64,000 bases of DNA from a virus: positions 2,332-66,331 of IMG/VR virus record IMGVR_UViG_3300046557_000516; one strand, written 5' to 3'. The notes below the pieces were generated by a model. The model did not search any database. It had not been told where the DNA came from and worked only from the letters and a program-made list of their open reading frames with translations. How positions within the stretch are numbered: the stretch's first letter is position 1; the number at the start of each line of letters is the position of its first letter. Below, one piece after another: positions 9,502 through 17,517 of the stretch. The translations under genes were made by a program, and so were the position numbers.

Positions 9502-10100
9502 AAGACTATCCATCCTCTTTGAAGGGCGATCGCCACAGCGGCGACCGTATTTCTGACGTTCAGTTTGTTGCGGATCGCCGTGTTCGCATGAACCATCGAG
9601 CTCCCCGATTTCTTCAGGATCCGCCCGATCTCCGCATTGGTATGACCGTGCGCAGACAGAGAAAGGATCTCCTTCTCGATGACGGTAAGCGGAGAGCGCG
9701 ACGACGCGTCGATCCTGTCCATCGCCTTCGCCACCAACTGGATCGCGTCTAGCAGCTCGCTGCCGTTGTCCGTTGTTGTCGGGGTTCGAAACGCGGCCCG
9801 GAGCTGGCGAGCCGATGCGATCAGCGTGAGATCGCCGACCGGCGCGATGCGCTCCATCATGTCGAAATCTTCGGCAAGAGCGTTGGCGCAAGCCTTCCAC
9901 CCGTCACGCCATCCAGCCATGCGGCTTTCCGGTTCATGCTTATGCTTTGGCATATTGGCATAGGACTTGAGGACGTCGCGCCAACCCGTCGGTATCGGAG
10001 GCTTCGTCATATCGGTCTCCTCGTGAAGTGCATCCGATAACAGCCCTTGGCAAATTTCGATGGCTCGAATGGCTCTCTCACCAATGATGTCCCGGTCCAT
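9498..10100 (-). CDS. LuxR-type HTH transcription regulator
   Basis: C-terminal PLT..EKEIL.L.A.G.TN.EIG.IL..S......N..IR.KLNV.N..AAVA.A...G. Confidence 0.8.
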   Translation of the reverse strand: MDRDIIGERAIRAIEICQGLLSDALHEETDMTKPPIPTGWRDVLKSYANMPKHKHEPESRMAGWRDGWKACANALAEDFDMMERIAPVGDLTLIASARQLRAAFRTPTTTDNGSELLDAIQLVAKAMDRIDASSRSPLTVIEKEILSLSAHGHTNAEIGRILKKSGSSMVHANTAIRNKLNVRNTVAAVAIALQRGWIVL

Positions 10101-10200
10101 TGCATTCCGTTCTCTTTTGCGAGGGCCCTGGCGGCGTCCCGTTCTGCGTTTGAGGCGACGACGACTTCAGCACGATCGTCTCTTATCCTGAGGCACAGCG

Positions 10201-10929
10201 TCATTTCGCGTCGCGCTCGCGGATCCGGCGCTCCAGCTCGGCGATCGCGGCGTCGTCCTTGGCCTTGCTGCCGTCGGAATGATACCAATTGTTGCTCATC
10301 GAAGCGGCGTATTGGAAATATTTGAGGCGCTCCAGTTCTTGCTCGAGCGTCAGCGGAATAGTCGCCGTGACTATGCTACCATCTAGCCGCATGATTGCCA
10401 TTCCAGAGGTTGCCGCCGCATCAAGCCCGATGACTCGCGCCGGCAAACCCATGACATCGGCCATGTGCTTGCGGTTCATCCCCGCCCACTGTTCATAGGA
10501 AAGCACAAGTGGATCGGCAGTCGGAGCGCCAAACAATGCCTCGCCGACCTGGACCGGTCCTGCAGGGTCTCGCTTGGGATTAGGAATGCGTTTGCCGGCG
10601 TTGAGGAGCGCGATACACGCCTTGGCGTATTCTGCGGCGTCATCGTCCACGAAGCCGGAGAACGTGCCTGCGAGCCCTACCCTGACAGCGCCCTTGCGGC
10701 ATGCCTGGAAATAATGGATGCCGGTGACGTAGTCGGTCATGAAGGCGGAGATATGCCGATGAGACAGACCCGGGAATTTCTCGCGGGCATCCTTCAGCAG
10801 ATCTCTCTTGATACCAATTTTCAGGGGACGCTTTGCAAGCCCTGGGGCGACGAAGCAATTCGGATACTCGTGCACCATAGCGGTGCGGAGCTGGTTCATT
10901 TCCAGCTTAGAAACCCGTTTGCGGGACAT
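10201..10929 (-). CDS. ProQ/FinO-domain RNA chaperone
   Basis: YP.CF.....RPLKIGI..DL...Y..G..Y......GAVRV.L.G...G.V...AAEYA FinO-domain signature; GGAG 9 nt upstream of ATG 10929. Confidence 0.85.
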   Translation of the reverse strand: MSRKRVSKLEMNQLRTAMVHEYPNCFVAPGLAKRPLKIGIKRDLLKDAREKFPGLSHRHISAFMTDYVTGIHYFQACRKGAVRVGLAGTFSGFVDDDAAEYAKACIALLNAGKRIPNPKRDPAGPVQVGEALFGAPTADPLVLSYEQWAGMNRKHMADVMGLPARVIGLDAAATSGMAIMRLDGSIVTATIPLTLEQELERLKYFQYAASMSNNWYHSDGSKAKDDAAIAELERRIRERDAK

Positions 10930-10957
10930 TGATTCCATCTCCAAGGAACGATGGATT

Positions 10958-10996
10958 ATGTATACCTTTCTGATTAGAAAGCGCAATAGGTATACG
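10958..10996 (-). promoter_or_regulatory. Leftward early promoter with two GTATAC operator-like boxes
   Basis: Minus strand TTGCGC-16nt-TATACAT; boxes ATGTATACCTTT 10958-10969 and AGGTATACG 10988-10996. Confidence 0.55.
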
Positions 10997-11060
10997 AATA
11001 AAAATATACAATTTTATCGACCTGGGATTAATCCCTATTGACGAGGCCGCGTCTAAGCCC

Positions 11061-11102
11061 GAAAAGAAAAAGCCCATGGAGGGAAAGATCCGACCATGGG
11101 CT
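11061..11102 (-). terminator. Rho-independent terminator
   Basis: 9-bp stem AGCCCATGG/CCATGGGCT followed on minus strand by a TTTTCTTTTC tract. Confidence 0.75.
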
Positions 11103-11136
11103 CTGTGAACCAACAATTGACCTGCTAAGGCAATTG
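11062..11136 (-). ncRNA. Putative ~75-nt two-stem-loop sRNA (FinP-like architecture)
   Basis: Own promoter, 5' hairpin 11114-11136, 11-nt linker, terminator; no ORF. Confidence 0.55.
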
Positions 11137-11142
11137 AAGAGA

Positions 11143-11171
11143 TTTATAAGGGAAAAACCCTGATCCTTCAA
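11143..11171 (-). promoter_or_regulatory. Sigma70-like promoter for the putative sRNA
   Basis: Minus strand TTGAAG (11171-11166)-17 nt-TATAAA (11148-11143). Confidence 0.65.
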
Positions 11172-11194
11172 TAGCGACGCGGTTCACAGAGGCT

Positions 11195-11617
11195 AAAAAG
11201 CCCGGAAATGATGGGTCCGCTCGGTGGTTCCCGCCATTATTTCGAAGCTTTGAGGCTTGAGTGACGCGGTTTCCAAGTGATTCGCCCGCGCTGCCGATCT
11301 TTCCCGGACCATGAATTGCTTTGCGGTGCTGATGCCTGGCTCATCAGACGGAATCGATCAGGCTTAGACCCCCTGCCGGGAACAACGCTTTTGCAAGGCG
11401 CCGGGAAACTCAACCAGATTATACCGAAGCCAAGACACGGCTTTCGCTCGTATTGCCCATAAATGATCGTGACGAGATCGATAAAAAGACTGGCAATGTT
11501 AGACGCAGTAGCGGCTGCGAAATCAAACCGAGGTTGAGATTAGGATGATTCCACGGATGCTTGGTGCTGAAGGGCTGCACCGGAATAGACCGCTCTCGGT
11601 GTGTTAGAGACGGTCTA
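11195..11617. ncRNA. Putative large structured non-coding RNA or leader in the cI position
   Basis: Dense nested inverted repeats, no credible ORF. Confidence 0.4.
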
Positions 11618-11652
11618 AAATGATACCTGTACCCAATCGATAGAATAATCAT

Positions 11653-11702
11653 AAAAAGGTATACATTCCGCTTGCGCCGCTAACCCGGAATACGTATACA
11701 TT
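11653..11702 (+). promoter_or_regulatory. Rightward (cro) promoter with two GTATACATT operator-like boxes
   Basis: AAAAAGGTATACATT 11653-11667; TTGCGC-17nt-TATACA; CGTATACATT 11693-11702. Confidence 0.6.
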
Positions 11703-11732
11703 TATATGACGGCTTAATCAGTGAGAGTTAGA

Positions 11733-11975
11733 ATGCGAATCAAACATACCGCTACAGACCTGGGAGATCGGACCGGTGTCGCCGCTTTGTCAGCGACGCT
11801 TTTCCTCAACGAAGTCGCGGAGAAATTGGGGCTTTCGCACATTGCTGTTCGCAAGTGGTCACGCATCCCCAACAAGCATCTCGAGGCCGTACACGAGATG
11901 TCCGATATCCCGCTCCACATCCTCCGGCCCGATCGTTTCGACATCAACGGGCCAATCGAAAAAACCAAATCATAA
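11733..11975 (+). CDS. Cro-like (YdaS-type) HTH regulator
   Basis: EVAEKLGLS..AVRKW.RIP..H...V...S.IP...LRPD. Confidence 0.8.
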   Translation: MRIKHTATDLGDRTGVAALSATLFLNEVAEKLGLSHIAVRKWSRIPNKHLEAVHEMSDIPLHILRPDRFDINGPIEKTKS

Positions 11976-12009
11976 AGCTTTCCCTGCAACCGTCTTGACG
12001 CTTGGGCAG

Positions 12010-12166
12010 GGGCGACACCGTGCGGAGAAATTAGGCGACGATCCGGATTAGATACCCGGGAAATGGAGAGGGGCCGGTGGAGAGCTCACCGGTGCAGGGT
12101 TCCCAGGGTAAGCACGTTCCCCCTGGGATGGAATTCATAACTCACCAAAATCGTCGCAAGTCGCCC
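12010..12166 (+). ncRNA. Putative multibranch RNA structure downstream of cro
   Basis: Closing helices GGGCGAC/GTCGCCC and GCGACGAT/ATCGTCGC enclosing three hairpins. Confidence 0.4.
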
Positions 12167-12238
12167 ATTTGTAGCACCGCGGGAAACCAGAAAATGAAAC
12201 ACTTTTCTCCGATGGAGATTAAGAAGGGAAGCAATAAA

Positions 12239-13009
12239 ATGGCGAAGAAACCCGCCCCAGGCGCAGGCCACAACGGGACCGGACTTACCGAAGATCAGGA
12301 AAAGGTCTTTGTTGTCGAGCTTCAGAATTTCACGGATGCCGAATCCTCCATGGCGGAGAAAAAGGGTTCGATGTCCGGCATCATGAAACGCCTCGAGTCC
12401 GCCGGCTTCACCCCGGAACACATCAAGTGGGCGAAGCGTCTGAAGAAGGAAAACGTCGCGTCCATCATCGGCGATCTGAAGATGAAGATCGGCATCGCGC
12501 GCTTGCTCGGCCACGCCGCCGGTCGCCAGCTCGATATCTTCGATGATCGCACCCCGCTCGAGGACGCCGCCTATCTCGAGGGCTTGTCCGACGGCAAGAT
12601 GGGCGTCGCCAATGCGAACCCCTACGGCATGGATACCGCAGCCGGCCAACGTTGGCAGCAGGGCAGCAACGAAGGCCACACGCTCCGGAACGCTTGGCTG
12701 AACGAAGCCATCAACGGCAAGCCTCCTGCAGCCGAAATCATCAAGGGCGACACCGATGTTGAAGATGAGACCGAAGAAGCTGGCAACGAAGCCGAAGCTG
12801 TCGCGGCTGTCGAAGCTGTTCAGGAAGCGCCCGCCGTGGCCGATATACCCTTCGCGGATGCCGCTGAAGACGCTGACACCGGCAATTTGGGGCGGGGAGA
12901 TGGTGTCGAGCGCGAAGAGGTCGCCGTTCCGGTGGAAGTAGCGCGGGCCGCCGCATCTGACGATTGGGATAACGAATCTGATCCCGTCAGGACGCCGCCG
13001 GCGGCATGA
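12239..13009 (+). CDS. GapR(DUF2312)-like N-terminus, RMF-like motif, acidic tail
   Basis: GAGHNG leader, helical segment ending LESAGF; AYLEG..DG..G....NPY......QRWQQG. Confidence 0.55.
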   Translation: MAKKPAPGAGHNGTGLTEDQEKVFVVELQNFTDAESSMAEKKGSMSGIMKRLESAGFTPEHIKWAKRLKKENVASIIGDLKMKIGIARLLGHAAGRQLDIFDDRTPLEDAAYLEGLSDGKMGVANANPYGMDTAAGQRWQQGSNEGHTLRNAWLNEAINGKPPAAEIIKGDTDVEDETEEAGNEAEAVAAVEAVQEAPAVADIPFADAAEDADTGNLGRGDGVEREEVAVPVEVARAAASDDWDNESDPVRTPPAA

Positions 13010-13126
13010 AGAATTAACCGGGCACCCCAAACGGCCGGTTAGTCAGTGCGTCAGGGGTGGATCTTAACGTCCGCATCGTGAGTCCACCCCTCCGCTACCC
13101 AAATTACCTCCCCTACAAGCGATCAG

Positions 13127-13921
13127 ATGACAAAAGCCATTTTCAAATCGGAAGCGGAGCTTTGCCGCGCCTTCATTTCGCAGCTGCCAAAGGGCTGGAC
13201 CGCTTATGCCGAGTCTTGCAATTTCGATATCGTCCTGGCGCACGCCGACGGGACACAGATCGGCATCGAAGCCAAGCTTACCTTGAATGCCAAAGTCATC
13301 CTCCAGGCCGTCGATCGCACCACGAAGTATCGGGAAAAGGGGCCGGATTTCCGCGCCGTGCTTGTTCCGGCCGGGACAGCAGGACACGAGATGAAGGCAA
13401 TTGCCAAGCTCCTCGGGCTCACCACGATCGAGATGAAGTCGAAAGAGCTCTATCTCGAGACAAAACGGAAGTACATGGAGAACGACAAGTTCACACCGCA
13501 CCTTCCCCTCGATCCTCGAACCGCATGGCGGGCCAATGATTACTGGATCGACTGCGCGCCGATAGACCGCCTGAAGCTGCCGGAATATGTTCCGGATGTC
13601 ACCGCCGGCGCCTCCGCTCCCTCGCAATTGTCCGAGTGGAAAATCAAGGCGATCAAGATCTGCGTTCTCCTCGAGAAAATTGGTTACGTCACCCCGATGG
13701 ATTTTGCCGAGATCGGCATCGACCGCGGCCGGTTCGTCACCATGGGATGGATCAAAATGAACCCGGAGAAGCGCGGTCACTATCTCCCCGGTTTCTGCGC
13801 CCTGGATCTCCGTCGCGTCCACCCACGCAATTACGTTGAGATCGAAGCCCATTTCGAAAAGTGGCGGCCGAAAAAGGGCATCCCGCAAACCGTCCTGACG
13901 ATCGAGGGAGACGTCGTATGA
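13127..13921 (+). CDS. Putative PD-(D/E)XK nuclease-fold protein
   Basis: SEAELC...YAES..FDIVL.....IGIEAKL. Confidence 0.55.
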   Translation: MTKAIFKSEAELCRAFISQLPKGWTAYAESCNFDIVLAHADGTQIGIEAKLTLNAKVILQAVDRTTKYREKGPDFRAVLVPAGTAGHEMKAIAKLLGLTTIEMKSKELYLETKRKYMENDKFTPHLPLDPRTAWRANDYWIDCAPIDRLKLPEYVPDVTAGASAPSQLSEWKIKAIKICVLLEKIGYVTPMDFAEIGIDRGRFVTMGWIKMNPEKRGHYLPGFCALDLRRVHPRNYVEIEAHFEKWRPKKGIPQTVLTIEGDVV

Positions 13922-14496
13922 GGCTCTTCAATTGGCCGTTCGGCGAGCTCGAGGCGCAAGCCTACAATTTCATCATGGCCGATCCACCCTGGCGGTTCGA
14001 ACTGCGATCGGAGAAGGGCGAAGAGAAGTCCGCCCAATCGCACTACGAGACGATGTCGCTCGAGGAGATCAACGAGCTGCCGGTCATGGATCTCGCCCGC
14101 AAGGATACTCTCCTATGGCTATGGGGCACGGCGCCGATGCTGAACCAGCAATTGACCACGGTGCGCGCCTGGGGCTTCCGGTTCATCACAGAGGGAGTTT
14201 GGGTGAAGATGACGACGCACGGCAAGGTCCACTTCGGAACCGGCTACGCACTCCGCGGATCTCACGAGCCCTTCATCCTGGCAAAACGCGGCAACCCCAA
14301 ACTCACGAAGTCAACGCGATCCGTCATCTTCGGCAAGGTGCGCGAGCACAGCCGGAAGCCTGAGGAGGCTTATGAGGCCGCCGAAAAGCTGATGCCTGGG
14401 GCGACTCGAGCCGATCTCTTTTCCAGAACCAATCGACCAGGATGGACAGCCTGGGGCAAGCAAACCGGCAAATTCAACGTAGAGGAAGCGGCATGA
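13918..14496 (+). CDS. MT-A70 family N6-adenine methyltransferase
   Basis: ADPPW, HYETMS, LWLW, WGF, WVK, G.GY.LR..HE, HSRKP, LFSR..RPGW..WG. Confidence 0.92.
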   Translation: MRLFNWPFGELEAQAYNFIMADPPWRFELRSEKGEEKSAQSHYETMSLEEINELPVMDLARKDTLLWLWGTAPMLNQQLTTVRAWGFRFITEGVWVKMTTHGKVHFGTGYALRGSHEPFILAKRGNPKLTKSTRSVIFGKVREHSRKPEEAYEAAEKLMPGATRADLFSRTNRPGWTAWGKQTGKFNVEEAA

Positions 14497-15077
14497 AAAT
14501 TATGTGTTTGGACCCTGCGAGCAAGCTCGGTTGGGCAGTTCATACCATCGGCGACACCTTCAGCGGCGTCGAGCTCGGGACAATCCACCTCGAGGGCAAG
14601 GGACCATTCGCCAAGGTCAAGGCGGTCCGGAAATTGCTGCCGCCGCTCATCAAGAAATACCGTCCGGATTATGTCGCCTTCGAATCGCCGCTGCAGTTCA
14701 TCCCGAAATACGAACGGACCAAGACCGACATCTTCGGCGAGGATGAGACGACGTCAACAATGAACGCCGGCACGACGCTGATGCTGAACCGGATCTCCGG
14801 AGCGGTCCAGTGCGTCATCGAAGGCTTCGATATCCCCTGCGAGGAGGTGTTCCCGATCTCCTGGCAAAGCGTCATCGACAAGCGGATACCGAAGAAAAGC
14901 GCCAATGGCGACAAGATCTCGGTCAAAGAACGGATCCGGATGATGTGCGATCTGAACCGCATCGTCGGCGGCAACCAGGACGCCAAAGACGCCGCCGTAA
15001 TGTGCATATGGGCGGCGCAGAAAAGTCAAATACTCAAGCAAATCATGAACCATGGGATGGAGCTAGACCTCGTATGA
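14493..15077 (+). CDS. RuvC-like Holliday junction resolvase
   Basis: IMCLDPASKLGWA, PDYVAFE, terminal D.KDAA. Confidence 0.7.
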   Translation: MKIMCLDPASKLGWAVHTIGDTFSGVELGTIHLEGKGPFAKVKAVRKLLPPLIKKYRPDYVAFESPLQFIPKYERTKTDIFGEDETTSTMNAGTTLMLNRISGAVQCVIEGFDIPCEEVFPISWQSVIDKRIPKKSANGDKISVKERIRMMCDLNRIVGGNQDAKDAAVMCIWAAQKSQILKQIMNHGMELDLV

Positions 15078-16597
15078 CGCAAGACGATTTGAACGAACGC
15101 GCACCCGCCAACGCCTACGGCACGAACCGCGAGATGCCGAACAACATTGAAGCCGAACAGGCTTTGCTCGGCGCATGCCTCATCAACAACGCCGCCTACG
15201 GCCAAGTGAATGAATTCCTGAAGGCTCAACACTTCTACGAGCCAATCCACCAGCAGATTTACGAAATCATCGGGGAGATCATTGTCGGCGGCAAGCGCGC
15301 CAACACCGCCATCGTCAAGAGCTTCATCAAATCTGACAAGCCGATCGGCGATATGACGGTCTCGCAATACCTGGCTTCGCTGACCTCGAATGCCGTCTCC
15401 ATCATCAACGCTCCGGACTATGCGCAAGCCATCCACGCCCTGGCGCTACGCCGCGAGCTCATCGACGTCGGGACCGAAATCGTCAACACCGCGTTCGACT
15501 CCGGACCAAGCCATGATCCGAAGAAGCAGGCGGATGAGGCCGGCCAAAAGCTTTACCGGATGACGCAGACCAACGACGGGACAATCCAGACCTCCTATTC
15601 CGGTTCGGATCTGACGTCGGCCTACATCAATTCGCTCTCCAGGGATCCAACAAAGCGCAACAAGCGCGGCGTTCCGATCGTGCTGCGCGAGATCCAGACC
15701 GTGCTATCAGAAGAGCGGTTTGAACCAACGAACGCCTACTCGATGACGTCGAGCTCCGGCGAGGGTAAGACATCGCTCACAATGCAGATCATGCACCATG
15801 CCGCGAGCCAAGGGCACCCCGTCGCATTTTTCAGTTTCGACCAGAATAACGTTCAATGCACTCAACAGATGATCGCGCAGCAGATCGGCCTCGAGGTTCG
15901 TCGCCAGAAAGCCGGAGATCTCAACGATCGCCAGTACGACGCCGCGCTGCAGGAAGCTATCAAGATTGGCCAGATGCCGTTCAAGGTGTTCGAGTGCAAT
16001 TCCATGTACGACACCATGGAAAAGATGATCCCGAAGGCGGTCCAGTTCGTCAAGGACTGCAGCCGCAACCCGTTCACGGATGGGAAGACGCCGCTTTTTG
16101 TCTTCGACCACATGTCGGCGATCCCTCCAGTCAAGGAAGTCCGCAACGAAGATGCCGGATCAAAGGCTCTTTCGATTGGAAACTACGGTAAGGCGTTGGG
16201 TAAGATGACCCAGGGCGCAACGCTGTTCCTGCAACAGCGATCGGGGACAGGAACAAAGCGAGTCAACCCAAGGCCGATCCCCGCTGACCTTTTTGGTGGC
16301 GAAGCGGCCCGCCAAGCCTTCGACGCCGTATTCTATCTCTATCGTGCTGAAGAGTATTTGCGTCGCCAATTGGACACAGCGGATGATGCAAAAGCAGAAG
16401 AACGCATCAATGCACGGTTTGCAAACGCATTTCCTGCAGCCTACGGGCTTGAAGGAACCGCGGAAATAGGCAGTTTGAAGGTGCGGTTCGGTAAGATCGG
16501 CATCAAGCGCTACGCCAAGTTCGTCGGCGAATACACGAAGTACACCGGGTTTCACGAGGATCTAGACAACATTCTCGATACTGAGGGTTTCCTGTGA
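15074..16597 (+). CDS. dnaB: DnaB-like replicative helicase
   Basis: PNNIEAEQALLGA.L.NN, FYEP.HQ.IY; Walker A SSGEGKTS; FFSFDQ; FDH. Confidence 0.88.
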   Translation: MTQDDLNERAPANAYGTNREMPNNIEAEQALLGACLINNAAYGQVNEFLKAQHFYEPIHQQIYEIIGEIIVGGKRANTAIVKSFIKSDKPIGDMTVSQYLASLTSNAVSIINAPDYAQAIHALALRRELIDVGTEIVNTAFDSGPSHDPKKQADEAGQKLYRMTQTNDGTIQTSYSGSDLTSAYINSLSRDPTKRNKRGVPIVLREIQTVLSEERFEPTNAYSMTSSSGEGKTSLTMQIMHHAASQGHPVAFFSFDQNNVQCTQQMIAQQIGLEVRRQKAGDLNDRQYDAALQEAIKIGQMPFKVFECNSMYDTMEKMIPKAVQFVKDCSRNPFTDGKTPLFVFDHMSAIPPVKEVRNEDAGSKALSIGNYGKALGKMTQGATLFLQQRSGTGTKRVNPRPIPADLFGGEAARQAFDAVFYLYRAEEYLRRQLDTADDAKAEERINARFANAFPAAYGLEGTAEIGSLKVRFGKIGIKRYAKFVGEYTKYTGFHEDLDNILDTEGFL

Positions 16598-16956
16598 TCG
16601 ATTTTATGCCGGATACATCGACGATGCCTCGCCCTGGTGGCTACGGCGGTCTTTACAGGCTCTATGACAACCAGCCATGGCGCCATGTCAGCGATCCAAA
16701 GACCGGGAAGCCAATCATCTTCCCTACCATCACGGAAGCAGTCAAAGGCGCAAAGCAGGTCATAAGGGTCAAGCTAAACCCGCACCTCAGATCGCAGCAG
16801 GCCGCTCCGACAGAGGAGGACGACGACATCCTGGGAATCGAAGAGTGGATGAAGGGGAAACAGGAAGACACCGCGAAAACCCGGGCGTTAATTAAAAACG
16901 GGAAACACTACAAGCCGTTCAAGGTTGAGATCCGCGCGCGGAAGAGGGGGAAGTAG
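16594..16956 (+). CDS. Hypothetical protein
   Basis: Coupled ORF after dnaB. Confidence 0.65.
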   Translation: MIDFMPDTSTMPRPGGYGGLYRLYDNQPWRHVSDPKTGKPIIFPTITEAVKGAKQVIRVKLNPHLRSQQAAPTEEDDDILGIEEWMKGKQEDTAKTRALIKNGKHYKPFKVEIRARKRGK

Positions 16957-17517
16957 ATGTGCAAGGTTGAAGGTTGCGAAAGAAAGATCCGCGCGCTTGG
17001 TTTGTGCGAAATGCATTACGGCCGCCAGCGGAGATTAGGGACGACGGAAAGAGGAACTTGGGGCCGGGCTCGAGCATTTTTCGATGAAGCCAAAGCGATG
17101 GAAACGGACGAGTGCATCCTTTGGCCTTTCGCGAAGACTAGTAAATCTCCCTTCTACGGAACAATCCGCGGGCACAAGGAGACATCGATCGTTAATCGGT
17201 TGATGTGTATAGAGGTTCATGGCCATCCTCCCACTCCGCAACATGAAAGCGCTCATAATTGTGGGGTCTCTTTGTGCATCAATAAGAGGCACCTGAGGTG
17301 GGCTACTCCCCTGGAGAATACCGCAGACCGAAAGATCCATGGAACTGAGGTGTTCGGGGAGAAAGTCATCAATGCCAAGCTTTCCGCTGCGAAGGTTGTT
17401 GAGATCCGATCCCTCCGTGGGCGCATGTCTAATAGGGAAATTGCCGGTATGTTTGGGGTTTCAAAAACCACGATTAGCTCGGTTATGACGAAGCAAAATT
17501 GGGCGTGGGTGGCATAA
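16957..17517 (+). CDS. Free-standing HNH homing endonuclease with C-terminal HTH
   Basis: CKVEGC..GLC.MHY; ECILWPF; AHNCG..LCIN.RHLRWAT..EN..D...HGT; NAKL; lower GC. Confidence 0.85.
   Translation: MCKVEGCERKIRALGLCEMHYGRQRRLGTTERGTWGRARAFFDEAKAMETDECILWPFAKTSKSPFYGTIRGHKETSIVNRLMCIEVHGHPPTPQHESAHNCGVSLCINKRHLRWATPLENTADRKIHGTEVFGEKVINAKLSAAKVVEIRSLRGRMSNREIAGMFGVSKTTISSVMTKQNWAWVA

Noticed and set aside
11277-11652. ORFs 11277-11462 (+) and 11419-11652 (-) as a cI repressor or toxin
   Set aside because: No HTH, S24 peptidase or TM character; weak RBS; atypical composition
12043-12060. 16S rRNA fragment (GGATTAGATACCC)
   Set aside because: No flanking rRNA similarity; kept only as part of a structured-RNA finding
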